From Eledone cirrhosa (Eukaryota), in the NCBI GenBank assembly GCA_964016885.1, contig OZ024763.1, positions 4,960,001 through 5,024,000 on the forward strand: a stretch of 64,000 nt of DNA. The letters run 5' to 3'. Below, piece by piece: positions 1-14,248 of this stretch; the first letter of the stretch is position 1, and the number at the start of each line of letters is the position of its first letter. The position numbers and the translations under genes are program-made. The notes under the pieces were generated by a model. The model worked only from the letters and a program-made list of their open reading frames with translations. It was not told the origin of the DNA and made no database searches.

Positions 1-423
1 TCGATAAGGATAAATATATATCAAATATATAAGAACCGTAGAGCAAATATTATATATATAAATGTATATATACATGTATGTATACATACATGTATATAGT
101 CACCAACATGCAGTCATATCTCTGCACTGTATATCTACACAGACGCCATATCAGCTACTCAGGTGTCAATGTCTACATGAGATACATATATGTCTGCTTA
201 GAGACCCTACAAAATTCCTTTTATAGTAATGATAAAATATTTAAATGCGAGCTGCATATTGTAATGTATATGGAGTGGAGTTGAGCTTCACTTGATCACA
301 TGACACAACAGACACCCACATAAATAGAAACACATACACACATACATATATATACAAACAACAGACACACAAACACACAACTAACACATGCAGACAAAAT
401 TAAGTTCAGGCTGAAACCCTCCA

Positions 424-486
<63 letters not shown>

Positions 487-544
487 CATACATACATATA
501 TATATACATACATATATATATATATATATCATCATCATTTTTTC

Positions 545-882
545 ATCATCATCATCATCCTTTTACCTCCGCTTTTCCCTGCTTGCAAGGGTGGGACGGG
601 AACTGATTCTGGCTTGATTTCTACAGCTGGATGCCCTTCCTAACACCAACCTCATTTACAGTGAGTGCTGGGTGTTTTTCTGCCGTGGCACCTCCACGAC
701 CACTTTGCAGTGGAATGATAGGGACCCCAGTCCTATCATCTCATTTCTACAGCTGAGTAAACTGGAGCAATGTGAAATAAAGTGTCTTGCTCAAGGAAAC
801 AACACATCACCCGGTCTGAGAATTGAACTCACAACCTTTCGATTGCAAGGCCAATGCTCTAACCACTAAGCCATGTGCCTCC
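545..882 (-). mobile_element. tRNA-derived SINE family 1 (A/B-box head, CORE-like middle, RTE-type tail)
   Basis: Reverse complement of the copies at 12654 and 19792. A box TGGCTTAGTGG, B box GAGTTCAATTC, middle TCCTTGAGCAAGACACTT, (ATG)n tail. Confidence 0.8.
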
Positions 883-894
883 ATATATATATTA

Positions 895-1157
895 GGTGCC
901 TCGACAAAAAATAAAAAAAAATACTCACAGTCCACGCTGTAATGTGGCCGTGTAGGTAACACGGTAAAAACCTCCCAGCTCCACACTGTAAATGTGGTTG
1001 GTGTTAGGAAGGGCATCCAGCCGTAGAAAGGCTGCCAGACAGTCCTATACGAGCGAGACACAGTCGCCTGACCAACCTTGCCTCAAGTGGCACAACTCCC
1101 ATCGAACCCATGCTAGTGTGGAAGATGGATGTTAAACGATGATGATGATGATGATGA
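895..1157 (+). mobile_element. 3' part of a SINE/LINE-tail repeat ending in (GAT)n
   Basis: Matches minus-strand copies at ~14270-14500 and ~14555-14790. Shares GGTTGGTGTTAGGAAGGGCATCCAG with SINE family 1. Confidence 0.65.
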
Positions 1158-2006
1158 TACACATACATGCATATATATATATAGATAATATATACATATA
1201 TGCATAATTATAAAACCTATGTATATATATGCATATATATATGAATGTATGTATGTATATACATACATACATGCATATATACATACACATACATACACAA
1301 TTTTTGGGACATTGGTCTATGCTTTGTTGTATTCTACAACAATTTCCATATTTTAGTTCCAATCCTGACGATGGTGTACTTTAACCTAATGCACCAGATA
1401 AGTATTCTGTTAAGACCCCAATGGAAATCAACACTGATTTCTTCACCAAAAGCCTAATACAGGATTTATTTATGGACCGCAGCCTATGATTTTGTTTTTC
1501 AACCTAGATAGATTGCGTCCGTTTATTACAAACCAGATCAGAATAAAAGTTTGTTGTCGACAACAAACTTTTGAACCACTTTGATTAAATTTTAGCACTT
1601 AGATAGAAAAATATATCAAAATATATCACAAAACAACGTTTTTCCTCTGCCTGGTAGATAAATAGCTAAATATATAAATATATAAATATATAAATGTATA
1701 AACAGGCATACAAACAGAGAGACTTGTTTGATAGATAAGTAATTATGTTGGAATTGGAATGTATGGGCAGTGGGGTGGGGCAGAAATGGAGGGGAAGCTA
1801 AGATTAGTGAAATTTATGTGTCAGTATCTTAACAAACCAGATGGAGTTTTGCAGTCAGAAGTTATATCATTGCTTTCACCACTCTCAGAATCTTTCTACT
1901 GCATAATATATATTACACACACTCAGAGGCATAGCTAGGGAAGATAGCACCTATAGCAAGCAGTTAAATTGTGTACCTTCCCAAACATTTGACACTCATC
2001 TTTCAG

Positions 2007-2445
2007 ATTATTGACACATAGTGCTGGGCCCATGGTACCATATGACGACAAGTGCAGAGAGATCTCCAGATATAAAGCAATGCCTGTGCCGTGAAGCTTT
2101 TATAGTGAGCAAAGGCACTGCACAAAGCCAGTCCCACTTTCTTAACCAAGATGATATTTACCAAAAAGAAGAACAAGTCAACAACATTGGATACCATCAG
2201 GGTTGCAGGTGTTATATCAGAGTTTTCCTTCTCCTAGAATTCTGCCTTGACGAAGGCTAAGGGGTCATCTCTCCCGGTGATTTTGGATGGCCATTGACTC
2301 TTAAGAGCTCCTTTGCCCTTTGACAGGTTCTGTTTTTAGTCCAGCAGGATGTCCAAAGTCACCCTCCTCACCAAGAAACCTTGATGGGGTTGCCAGTTTA
2401 GTCGCCAACGACCCGACCATGAGGCAGGTTGTACTGGGATACATG
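2007..2445 (-). mobile_element. Dispersed ~560-bp non-autonomous repeat (partial copy)
   Basis: Near-identical to 30570-31127 (-) and 46835-47406 (+). Diverged relatives at ~4540-4715 and ~10390-10790. Confidence 0.8.
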
Positions 2446-2929
2446 TTACCAGTAGCACCAACTGATGACCTGACATAATATATATATATATATACACACA
2501 CTTATACATACTTATATATGTATACATATATATATGTATATCTATCTATATACATAAATATATATATAATGAGAATCTGCACATGTCACCAGTTGACAAA
2601 TACCAGCTGTCATTAAAGAAAAAAGGAAATGAATAATGGTTACACATATATTTATATAAACTATATATCCAGCCACACTGGTGTGTATACATATATATAT
2701 ATATATATATATATAGATCAAACACATAGATGTTGCATAAATGTCTCTTTTCTTTCTTTCCCTCTCTCTCATAATAACACCCGTGTGAATCTACACACAC
2801 ATACACAGATATGATTGTGTAGGTGTCTACCCCCACTCCACGATTAATATGCGTGTGTATGTGTATATACACATAAATTTATATATGTGTGTAAATATAT
2901 ATATATATATATTAATAGTAATAATAATA

Positions 2930-3142
2930 AATTTGAAGACTAAAATCCAAAGAGGGCTCGATAAGGATAAATATATATGTCAAATATATAAGAACCCTAG
3001 AGCAAATATTTATTAAAGTAACAGATTAAAGTTTAAGCAAAGAATCGCTGCTTTCACCCTTTACGGGATCTTCAGAAGATCCCATTAAAGGTGAAAGCAG
3101 CGATTCTTTGCTTAAACTTTAATCTTTTATTTTAATAAATAT
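2930..3142 (-). mobile_element. Hammerhead-bearing fold-back element (family B) between TA tracts
   Basis: Inverted arms ~3006-3073 and 3075-3142. Minus strand reads CTGAAGA-TCCCGTAAAGGGT-GAAA. Related sequence at 1-50 and ~63320-63415. Confidence 0.7.
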
Positions 3143-3150
3143 ATATATTA

Positions 3151-3182
<32 letters not shown>

Positions 3183-4000
3183 ATATATATATATATATCT
3201 TAAACACGCTGTGACTTCTCTCTCCCACGTGTAGCTGGACGGTCGCTTTAAAAATTCTCTTAGTGTTGTCTGAAATGTATAGACTTACACATGCTGATGA
3301 ACCTGGGTTATTTCATTTCTGTCAACAACTTGCTGGCAAAACAGATCACTTTGGATTTGTACGTGTGTTATATAGTTATAGAGGTATTTATTTACGCTTT
3401 AATTTATATTTTTAATTATCGTGTCTATACTCTGCCTTTCATAGGTTATAGATTCCATACATTGGTGGTTTTTCCCTGTTTTATTGATAGCGCACTGTAT
3501 CTCTCTCTAGTGTGTTACCTTTTCAACATATTGTATTTTAAAGAGCTCAGGATTTCCTCTCCTTTGAGCACATTATTTACAGGGAACGGCAAGAGTCTAT
3601 GGCTCCGTTAATGTATCGTGATATGTATATATATATATATATATGTATATTATAGGGTAAAATGACAGGAGGCTGGACAGATTGTATTCCTTTAGATTTT
3701 ATTACTGCAATCATTGCACACATGTTAGTGGCCACCAACATGATTCAACATCAAAGATGGATGAGTTGCATAACGTTGAGTGCTTTCATAATATTACATC
3801 ATGATTTACTTTGAGGAAAGACCAATTCTACCCAGTAGTGAACCACCAAATTTAAGCAGCTACATCACTGGACCGCGTGAGTCTTCTTGGGTGTCAGCCA
3901 TTGCTCCATCTCCCCTAGTAGTTTACCGGTATTGGTCCAGGGTTGCTTATTTGTGCAGCAGGTACCCACTTACATCTCAACTAACCATCATATCTGAGCA

Positions 4001-4123
4001 AGATGGTTGGATAACATTCATGACCTCAGCTGGTCTCGTTTGGCGATCCAGCTGGATCAATTGGAGATGGTTGCTTCTGACAGGACCTGCTGGAAGGAGT
4101 GTCTGAGGACTCTGCCCCTACGA
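4001..4123 (+). pseudogene. RTE-clade LINE ORF C-terminal fragment
   Basis: Translates RWLDNIHDLSWSRLAIQLDQLEMVASDRTCWKECLRTLPLR, resembling the RW.D...DL.W.RL.I...L..VA.DR..W C-terminus of RTE LINEs. Confidence 0.7.
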
Positions 4124-5388
4124 GTAAGTGGGCAAAGAAAAAGAATATATATATATATATAAATATATCTGTCTCCAATAAATTTTTTTTTATATATAAA
4201 TATATAAATTTTTTTATTTTTATTTTTATAAAAAAATTTTTTTTTTTTTTTTTCAATCCTTTACACTCTTTCCTTCATTCCTCTACATGCTAGTCTTATT
4301 TATACACGCCACGCATCTCAATGTACACCCACTTACATCTCTCTCGCCACCACCAGATCTTGTTACCCGGAGATTTACCCATCTGCATTGTCGAGGCTTC
4401 CAAACGACTTAAAGAAATTTACCTTATTATTCCACAATGCTTCAAGCAAACTTCAATACTCTCTTATATATATACATATATATACATGCATCTGTGTGTG
4501 GGTGGGTGTATCATCAGGTCAAGTTTGTGCCTGCTACAGGTACCATGTAACCCAATACAACCTGCTTCATGGTCGAGTGGTCAGCAACAAAACTGGCTCC
4601 CCTCCAGACCCTGGTTTTGTGAGGAGGGTAAGTGAACTCCCAGAAGCACAAAAAAGGCTGCTGTAAAAAAGGGCAGATGAACTCCTCAGAGTCAAAGGTC
4701 ATTCCCCCCAACTGAAGAATCCTTTCAACCTTTTTCTAAACTCAGTTTTTAAGGCTGGAAGAAGCCCTTCCTGACACCAACCACTTTAGAGAAAGTACTG
4801 GGTGTAATTTATCATGAGACCAGCAGTAGGGAGGTTGTCAAATTAAGACTGAAGTGTCCTCGCAGCCCTTTTTTTAAGACAATTTTTTTTTCCCTATGAT
4901 TGGAAGAAGCCCTTCCTAACATAGTTTCTATGGCTGGAAACCACCCTTCTTAACAAAAACCACTTTAGAGAAAGTATTGGGTGTGTTTTATCATGACAGA
5001 CACCAGCAGTAGGGAGGTATCCCCATTCATTGACTCAACAGGAAAGCCCTCGCTACCCCATGGGAGGAATCCCTCCCCATATAGTGTAGAGGGGCTGGGT
5101 GTCATGTGATAAATGTAAAGTATGACAGCCACAGTAAATATAATAATTACAAATCTCTACTTTATAAACTAAACTTCCTCAAACCACACCCTAGAGTCAG
5201 AAGATATTGCAGAAACTTAGCCCTGGAAATATTTTGTGGGACCCCCAGACATCCCCAGCCCCGCACCCCAGAACCTGCCTAAAAAATATTAAATAAATAA
5301 AAAGATAAAAAAAATAAAAAAAGACTGGATGGTGAGGTAGGATTGTTGCTATTGGTTACGGCTGCTTTAATCAGGACTTACCTGTGGT

Positions 5389-5421
<33 letters not shown>

Positions 5422-5809
5422 CCCCACCACCACCACCATAACAACGCCCCATCACAACAACACCCGGCCACCACCACCACCACCACAACAACAACAACAA
5501 CACCCCACCACCACCACCGCCACCACCACCACAACAACAGCAGCAACAACAACAACAACAACGGTATAAGTTCTCTAAAAGAAACAAAGAAACAATGTCA
5601 GATAATAGTTTGGTTGTCTGTAGAGAAGGAAAGGGTTAAGTGTGTGTGTGTGGTGGGGGGGGGGGGGGGCATATAGATGGGAGAGGGGAGAGAGGGAGAG
5701 GGGGAGGGAGAGAGAGTGAGGGAAGAGAGAAAGGGGGAGTGGGAGAGAGAATAAAGAGAGACAGAGAAAGAAAGAGGGAGAGAGAAAAAAGGGGGGAGGG
5801 TAGATATGC

Positions 5810-5849
5810 TGAACAGACACACACAGAAATAGATACACACACAGAAATA

Positions 5850-5885
<36 letters not shown>

Positions 5886-5952
5886 TGCACATACACTTAG
5901 ACACACAATCAGATACACACACAGAAACACACACACACAGACACAGATACAT

Positions 5953-5983
<31 letters not shown>

Positions 5984-6915
5984 ATCAGATACATACACAT
6001 ACACACACACAGAGACACACACACACACAGAGAGACACACACACACAGAGACACACACACACACACACAGAGACATACATACACACACATACACAGATAC
6101 ACACACAGATACATACACAGATACATATACACACACACACACACACAGACATACAGACATACACGGACACACACAGAGACATACATACACACACAGAGAC
6201 ACACACACACACACAAAAACACACACACAGACACACACACACACACATACATACACACACACACACATACAGACACACAGACACACACACACACAGACAT
6301 ACACACACACACACAGATACACACACAGATACATACACAAATACATATACACACACACACACAGCAGACATACAGACATACACAGGCACACACAGAGACA
6401 TACATACACACACAGAGACACACACACACACAAAAACACACACACAGACACACACACACACATACATACACACACACAGATACAGACACACAGACACACA
6501 CACACACAGACATACACACACACACACAGATACACACACAGATACATACACAAATACATATACACACACACACACAGCAGACATACAGACATACACAGAC
6601 ACACACAGAGACATACATACACACACAGAGACACACACACACACACAAACACACACACAGACACACACACACACACATACACACACACACACAGATACAG
6701 ACACACAGACACACACACACACAGACATACACACACACACACAGATACACACACAGATACATACACAAATACATACACACACACACACACAGCAGACATA
6801 CAGACATACACAGACACACACAGAGACATACATACACACACAGAGACACACACACACACACAAACACACACACAGACACACACACACACATATACATACA
6901 CACACACAGATACAG

Positions 6916-6948
<33 letters not shown>

Positions 6949-6978
6949 TACACACACACACACAGACACACACACTCT
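5810..6978. repeat. Compound (CA)n/(CAGA)/(CATA) microsatellite with higher-order periodicity
   Basis: Low-complexity tract with the recurring landmark 'cagcagacatacagacatacaca' at ~6362, ~6575 and ~6790. Confidence 0.9.
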
Positions 6979-7040
6979 GTGAGTCATTCAACAACATCCG
7001 TCCTTTCGCCATGTTTAGGCATCAGATCTGCTTACACAAC

Positions 7041-7085
<45 letters not shown>

Positions 7086-7254
7086 TCTCTCTCTCTCTCA
7101 CACACTCTCTCTCCTCATCTATCTCTCACCCCCCCCATCTACCCCCTCCCTCTACCCCCCCCCCCTCTCTACTCAGTTTAGGAAGATGTACTGCTACTGA
7201 TGTGGTTGGTGTACATCAACATCCGCCTTCATTCTAACTTCTGAATATTACATA

Positions 7255-7268
7255 TGTATGTGTGTATG

Positions 7269-7318
<50 letters not shown>

Positions 7319-7332
7319 TGAATATATATATT

Positions 7333-7378
<46 letters not shown>

Positions 7379-7431
7379 AGTGTGTGTATGTGTACATTTA
7401 TATTCATATATATATGTTGTTTTTAATGAGT

Positions 7432-7505
<74 letters not shown>

Positions 7506-7510
7506 GTATA

Positions 7511-7583
<73 letters not shown>

Positions 7584-7590
7584 GTATATG

Positions 7591-7666
<76 letters not shown>

Positions 7667-7707
7667 TATATATATACACATATATATATACACATATATA
7701 TATACAC

Positions 7708-7796
<89 letters not shown>

Positions 7797-7837
7797 TACA
7801 TACATATACATATACATATATATATACATATACATAT

Positions 7838-7894
<57 letters not shown>

Positions 7895-7923
7895 CATATA
7901 TACATACATATATATATATATAT
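7255..7923. repeat. (TA)n/(TG)n compound microsatellite, representative of dozens in the window (e.g. 15365-15700, 26997-28300, 39585-40420, 56650-57325, 59410-61590)
   Basis: Direct reading. Confidence 0.95.
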
Positions 7924-8164
7924 GGTGGCTTCATCTTGATTCAAGAATTGCCATCACTTCACTCCCCTGCCACACGTGTGGTACGAATAAATAAAAAGAA
8001 GATTTTACCGGCTATGGGCCGCACCCCTGCTTATACAGTACACGTGGAAGATGTGTAGATCATTTGATGCCAGAACTTGCAGCTTTTCCAAATGAAGAAA
8101 GGCCTTGTAATGGACCAACCCCACACTCTGAACCACAGTGTGTGTGTGTGTGTGTGGGGGGGGG

Positions 8165-8182
8165 GGTGACAGCTCACACCTA

Positions 8183-8242
<60 letters not shown>

Positions 8243-8457
8243 ACAGCTCACACCTATGTATATGTGTATATGTGTGTGTGTGTGTGTGGGGGGGGGGTGA
8301 TAGCTCACACCTATGTATGTGTGTGTGTGTGTGTGTGTGACAGCTCACACCTATGTATATGTGTATATGTGTATATGTGTGTGTGTGTGGGGGGGTGATA
8401 GCTCACACCTATGTATGTGTGTGTGTGTGTGTGTGTGACAGCTCACACCTATGTATA

Positions 8458-8514
<57 letters not shown>

Positions 8515-8578
8515 CAGCTCGCACCTATGTATATGTATATGTGTGTGTATATGTGTGTGTGACAGCTCACACTTATGC
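8165..8578. repeat. Array of ~8 GTGACAGCTCACACCTATGTAT units separated by variable (GT)n
   Basis: Units at ~8167, 8240, 8298, 8337, 8395, 8435, 8511 and 8559. Confidence 0.85.
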
Positions 8579-8639
8579 AGCTTTAACCGGCCTCCTCCAA
8601 GGTATATATATCTCTTTGGAGGTGTCTTGGGGGATTTAA

Positions 8640-8807
8640 TGATAGGGAGCCCAGTCCCTATCATCTCATTTCTACAGCTGAGTAAACTGGAGCAATGTGA
8701 AATAAAGTGTCTTGCTCAAGGAAACAACACATCACTCGGTCCGAGAATTGAACTCACAACCTTTCGATTGCCAGCCCAATGCTCTAACCACTAAGCCATG
8801 CGCCTTC
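8640..8807 (-). mobile_element. SINE family 1, 3'-truncated
   Basis: Head and middle match 720-882. Confidence 0.8.
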
Positions 8808-9359
8808 ACAATAGTGACAAGTATCCAAAACCGAGAACAGGTCAACATTGTTGGGTGGCATCGAGTGAGAGGTTTTACATCAGTTTCACTTCTACAAGAA
8901 CTTCGACAGACATCCTCCATCCAAGTCCCTTTTTTTTGGGGAGTCTCCCTGGAACTCTGCTGCCTCCAGGATTGACATTCATCACTTGGAGGTTGCTGAA
9001 GAAAAAACAAAAAAGCCCCCCCCCCCCCCCCACACACACACAAACAACTCGGACCCTCCCCCAAAACTGAAACATAAAGCAACAAAAAAAAAAAAAACAA
9101 TAAAAGGAAACACAAAACAAAAATTAAATAAGAAATATTTGCAGATCTGTTAAATTTTTCAGGAAGATTTTTTGCTATGTCGGCTTTTTGAAGTTCTTCT
9201 TCCTGCCTCACAGATATTCTGGAAGGAATAATACTTCTAAGTGATACAAATTAACAGAGAAACTGGCTGGAAATATGTGAAGCTATTTCTTTTCACCCCC
9301 CCCCCCCCTCTATCTTTCTCTCGCTTTTTCTTTCTCGCTTTCTCTCTCTCATTCTCTCT

Positions 9360-9726
9360 CTCTCCTCTTTCTATCACACTATTTTTGTCACTCCCAATCT
9401 CTCTCTCACACTATTTTCTTCACATCTCTCTCTCTCTCTCACCCTCTCTCCCCCTCTCTCTTTCTCTCTCTCTCCTCTTTCTATCACACTATTTTTGTCA
9501 CTCCCAATCTCTCTCACACTATTTTCTTCACATCTCTCTCTCTCTCTCACCCTCTCTCTCCCTCTCTCTTTCTCTCTCTCTCCTCTTTCTATCACACTAT
9601 TTTTGTCACTCCCAATCTCTCTCACACTATTTTCTTCACATCTCTCTCTCTCTCTCTCTCTCTCTCCCTCTCCTCTTTCTATCACACTATTTTTGTCACT
9701 CCCAATCTCTCTCACACTATTTTCTT

Positions 9727-9782
<56 letters not shown>

Positions 9783-9840
9783 TCCTCTTTCTATCACACT
9801 ATTTTTGTCACTCCCAATCTCTCTCACACTATTTTCCTCA

Positions 9841-9918
<78 letters not shown>

Positions 9919-9974
9919 TCCTCTTTCTATCACACTATTTTTGTCACTCCCAATCTCTCTCACACTATTTTCTT

Positions 9975-10038
<64 letters not shown>

Positions 10039-10165
10039 TCTCTCTCCTTCTCTCTTTCTCTCTCTCTCCTCTTTCTATCACACTATTTTTGTCACTCCCA
10101 ATCTCTCTCACACTATTTTCTTCACATCTCTCTCTCTCTCTCCCTCTCTCTTTCTCTCTCTCTCT
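9360..10165. repeat. Array of 7 ~60-bp units separated by variable (CT)n
   Basis: CCTCTTTCTATCACACTATTTTTGTCACTCCCAATCTCTCTCACACTATTTTC at ~9364, 9474, 9582, 9671, 9784, 9920 and 10067. Confidence 0.9.
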
Positions 10166-10299
10166 GATCACCCACCTTTGTTGAACTTTATATCCAAACA
10201 CCTGTATACTCCCCCATTCCACTACCCCCCCCCACTGATAATCACTCACACCCCCACAAGAACATCCGCCCTCCTTCAACAAAAACAATTAGACTGAGA

Positions 10300-10353
<54 letters not shown>

Positions 10354-11060
10354 GTGTGTGTGTGTGTCATGTCACTCTTGTGATACTGGTAACATGTAAC
10401 CCAGTACAACCTGAGGCATGGTTGGGTTGTTGGCAACTAAACCGGCAACCCCACCAACCTTGCTTGGTTAGGAGGGTGATTTGGGACACCCTGCAGGATC
10501 AAAAGCAAAAGCCATCAATGGGCGGAGGAACTCAGGAGAATCAACAGCCATCCAATTAAGTTTTTTTTTCGTGGAACAAGAGACCCCCTAGTCTCCATTA
10601 AGACATCTCTCTAGGAGAAGGTAACTCTGACATAAAACCTGCGACTTCGCTTGCATCCAATGATGTAGACCAGTTCTATGTTTGGGGTAAATGTATTCGA
10701 TGTTCAGAGAGTGGGATTGGCCCCGTGCAAAGTCTTTCCTCACTTAAAATAGTTTCAGACACAGGCATCACTTGATATGTGACATTTTTTTGCAATGCAA
10801 AACTGGCAGGACTGAAGGGCCATGTCTGTGATGCCAGAATCAGTTCCCGTCCCACCCTTGCAAGCAGGGAAAAAGCAGACGTAAAATGAAATGATGATGA
10901 TATATATATATATATATATATATAAATTGAAACAAAATGAAAACGAAATTTCATTTCTCACTCTTAGTATGGCACTTTATGCAAATTAGGCTGCTCAGCC
11001 GTTAATTTTCATAAGGAAAGTATATACTTTCGAACGTTCAACTATCTGGCAGATGGGTAA

Positions 11061-11103
11061 ACGGTGCTGATGATAGCTAACAAGCTTGAAACTAGTACAT
11101 CGT
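11061..11103 (+). ncRNA. Minimal type I hammerhead ribozyme
   Basis: Stem I ACGGTG/CATCGT, core CTGATGA, stem II AGCT-AACA-AGCT, GAAA, palindromic stem III ACTAGT, predicted cut GTA^ after 11097. Confidence 0.8.
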
Positions 11104-11521
11104 TCCTGTGTCAGTGTTGAACAAAAAGGTGACGTGGTTGCCTTAACACCGTATGGCATAAATTCAGGCTGTTCAGTTTGTTTACAAACGAACAAAGCGA
11201 CGTTAGCGCCGCTAAACTGATACGTGCATATATGTATGTGTACCTGTATGCATATGTATGTATATATGTATATATATATATATATGTGCATGCTACTGTA
11301 CGTCTGTATACATATATGTATGTACGTATACATGCATACTTACATTTATATATATATATATATATGAAAAGTAAATGGAAAAAAACACAACAGATGATGA
11401 AGTACAATGAAGATATATATTAGTTTCATGCTTAATATAGTAGGGGAAGTCTTAATGTTTCGAATGCTAGTCCTTCATTGAAATACAAAAACAGAAATAG
11501 AGAGATAAAGGAGAGTGATCA

Positions 11522-11573
<52 letters not shown>

Positions 11574-11632
11574 CATACACACACACACACACACACACAT
11601 ATGTTTATATATATATATATGTATATACACAC

Positions 11633-11668
<36 letters not shown>

Positions 11669-12129
11669 GTGTGTATATATATATACACACACACACATAT
11701 ATAATTAGTTCTCAGTAATCCAATTGAATGATTTCATTAATTTGTTCATCGTTGATTAACAGTTGATTGGCCACCGACAATACCATAAAAGGTAATGGTT
11801 AGTTCCAGGTTTAGTTAAATTAATAGAGTGTAAAATGTGGAGGAGAGCAGCTTTAATGTATGTCTAACATGAACAAGGCATCACACAGGCACACACACAT
11901 ATATATATATATGTGTGCCTGTGTGTGTGTGTGCGTATATATATATATGTATGTGTGTCTGTATATATATGTGTGTGTGTGTGTACATAAAGAGAGAGAA
12001 AGGGAGATATATAAAAGTATTATTTTATTGTTGAAACCCATCATAGCATATCTTACACCATCTTAGCTGTATAATTAATTATGTATTTCGTTTCTGAATT
12101 GGCAACCTGACCCCCCCAAAGTATAACAA

Positions 12130-12185
<56 letters not shown>

Positions 12186-12190
12186 CACAC

Positions 12191-12268
<78 letters not shown>

Positions 12269-12276
<8 letters not shown>

Positions 12277-12460
12277 TGAGATTCTACAGGACTAGAACTG
12301 TTTCATTCTTTAGAAATAATCAGGAATCTAAAGAATTCTAAAGAATGAAACAGTTCTAGTCCTGTAGAATCTCATCTATATTGACATTTTTATACTCTGC
12401 TATGTATTGAGTACCTTACTTACTGTGGTTACCTCCGATTCAACCCAGAATAACTTACCT
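12269..12460 (+). mobile_element. Hammerhead-bearing fold-back element (family A) in (TA)n
   Basis: Arms ~12269-12315 and 12336-12382. Minus-strand hammerhead 12279-12329 with variant core CTGATTA. Tail GTATTGAGTACCTTACTTACTGTGGTTA shared with ~21095 and ~63800 (-). Confidence 0.8.
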
Positions 12461-12472
12461 ATATATATATAT

Positions 12473-12640
12473 ATAGGAACGAGTAGGACCCCCTAATTTA
12501 GTCCAGAATTTGCCGTCGAAACGGCTTGAGCTCAGCTGTCAGGGTCATACTCGTTCCTATTACCCACTCTACTACCCTAAGTATTGAGTACTTTGGTGCG
12601 TTATGGTCCATCTGGTTCCTTACCACATTTCCTTCGTTAT
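12473..12640 (+). mobile_element. Family C short TA-embedded element with hammerhead 3' half
   Basis: Reverse complement of 43484-43617, 45523-45657 and 58913-59047. Contains GAAACGGCT-TGAGCTC-AGCTGTC. Confidence 0.75.
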
Positions 12641-12653
12641 ATATATATATATT

Positions 12654-12990
12654 GGAGGCACATGGCTTAGTGGTTAGAGCATTGGCCTTGCAATCGAAAG
12701 GTTGTGAGTTCAATTCTCAGACCGGGTGATGTGTTGTTTCCTTGAGCATGACACTTTATTTCACATTGCTCCAGTTTACTCAGCTGTAGAAATGGGATGA
12801 TAGGGACTGGGGTCCTTATCATACCACTGCAAAGTGGTCGTGGAGGTGTCACGGCTAAAAAGCACCCAGCACTCACTGTAAATGAGGTTGGTGTTAGGAA
12901 GGGCATCCAGCTGTAGAAATGTAGCCAGAATCAGTTCCCGTCCCACCCTTGTAAGCAGGGTAAAGCGGACGTAAAATGAAATGAAATGAT
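12654..12990 (+). mobile_element. SINE family 1, full length
   Basis: A and B boxes present. Tail CCCGTCCCACCCTTG..AGCGGACGTAAAATGAAATG. Confidence 0.85.
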
Positions 12991-13184
12991 ATATATACTC
13001 ACAACACTCATGTAGGTGTTTCAAAAGTTTCAGCTTCCTCAGCTGACAAATGTCTGTGTGTCCCCACTGTAGTTTTCCATGCATGGCATAACCACTCTGT
13101 GCGATGGTAGTGTTGCTGCCACAATAAAAAACACTGCATTGAAAAATATGCAAATATTGGTTGTCTGCATTTATTGAGATAATT

Positions 13185-13665
13185 AATAATTATTTCTACT
13201 TTTGGCACAAGGCCGGCAATTATCCCAGTGCATTACTGGTACTTTATTTTATCGACCCCCGTAAGGATGAAAGGCAAAGTTAACCTCGGCGGGATTTGAA
13301 TTCAGACCATAAAGGGCCGTAACCCTTTGCTGCAAAGCATGGCATCCGACCCTCTACCGACACTGCCAATCCACTGCCATCCCAATCAATTTATTGAGAT
13401 AATTAATAACTGTTTCTACATTAGGCACAAGGCCAGCAATTACCCAGTGTATTACTGGTACTTTATTTTATCGACCCCGTAAAGATGAAAGGCAAAGTCA
13501 ATCTCGGCGGGATTTGAACTCAGATCGTAAAGGGACGTAACTATGCTGCAAAGCATGGCATCCGACCCTCTACCGATACTGCCAAGCCACCGCCATCCCA
13601 ATCTAGACACAAGGCCAGCAATTTCGGTAGAGGGGAAAGTTGACTAAATCGACCCCAGTGCATTA
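13185..13665 (-). mobile_element. Two tandem copies of SINE family 2 (Meta/Sauria-like central domain) plus a fragment
   Basis: Reverse complement of GGATTGGCAGTATCGGTAGAGGG...GAGTTCAAATCCCGCCGAGGTTAACTTTGCCTTTCATCC...GTCGATAAAATAAAGTACC. Confidence 0.8.
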
Positions 13666-14014
13666 GGTTTGTCTAGCTTGTCTCCTCACCCCCATGGAGG
13701 TTTTGATATTAGATAAACTATGTTTTGAATACTTCCTTCCTTTGGTTCCGTAACTCCTGAGAGAGTTGTAGAGGTTTTATATTGACATACAGCGTTTCTT
13801 GGGCATTTTAAACCTGGCAGAGCCCTTCCCTGTTCAGGCCAGAATACAGAAGATTTCTTGCAGAAAAAGACAGAAAGTGAGAGAGAGGAAGAATAGACCC
13901 AAGGAGAAGACTGGTACTGTTTTTTATCGACCTCGAAATGATGAATGGCAAAGTTGACATTGAGTGCAGACTTTGGTACTCTCACAAGTTTTTTCATACT
14001 CACTGAATCATCTG

Positions 14015-14095
<81 letters not shown>

Positions 14096-14187
14096 GGTGG
14101 AGATGACGAGGGACCGTGACGAGTGGAGAGATGCTGTGCTGAATAAGACCCGTCCCACCCTTGCAAGCAGGGAAAAGCGGACGTAAA

Positions 14188-14219
<32 letters not shown>
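14096..14219 (+). mobile_element. 5'-truncated RTE-like LINE 3' end with (ATG)n tail
   Basis: Translates [29 protein letters not shown], with the DR..WR motif. Its last ~40 nt match the SINE family 1 tail. Confidence 0.7.

Positions 14220-14248
<29 letters not shown>

Noticed and set aside
5575-8058. Long ORFs (YI, CV, HT, SL repeats) here and throughout the track
   Set aside because: They are translations of dinucleotide microsatellites that lack stop codons in several frames on both strands.
12654-12725. tRNA gene
   Set aside because: The tRNA-like head continues into a multi-copy SINE body with no T-run terminator.
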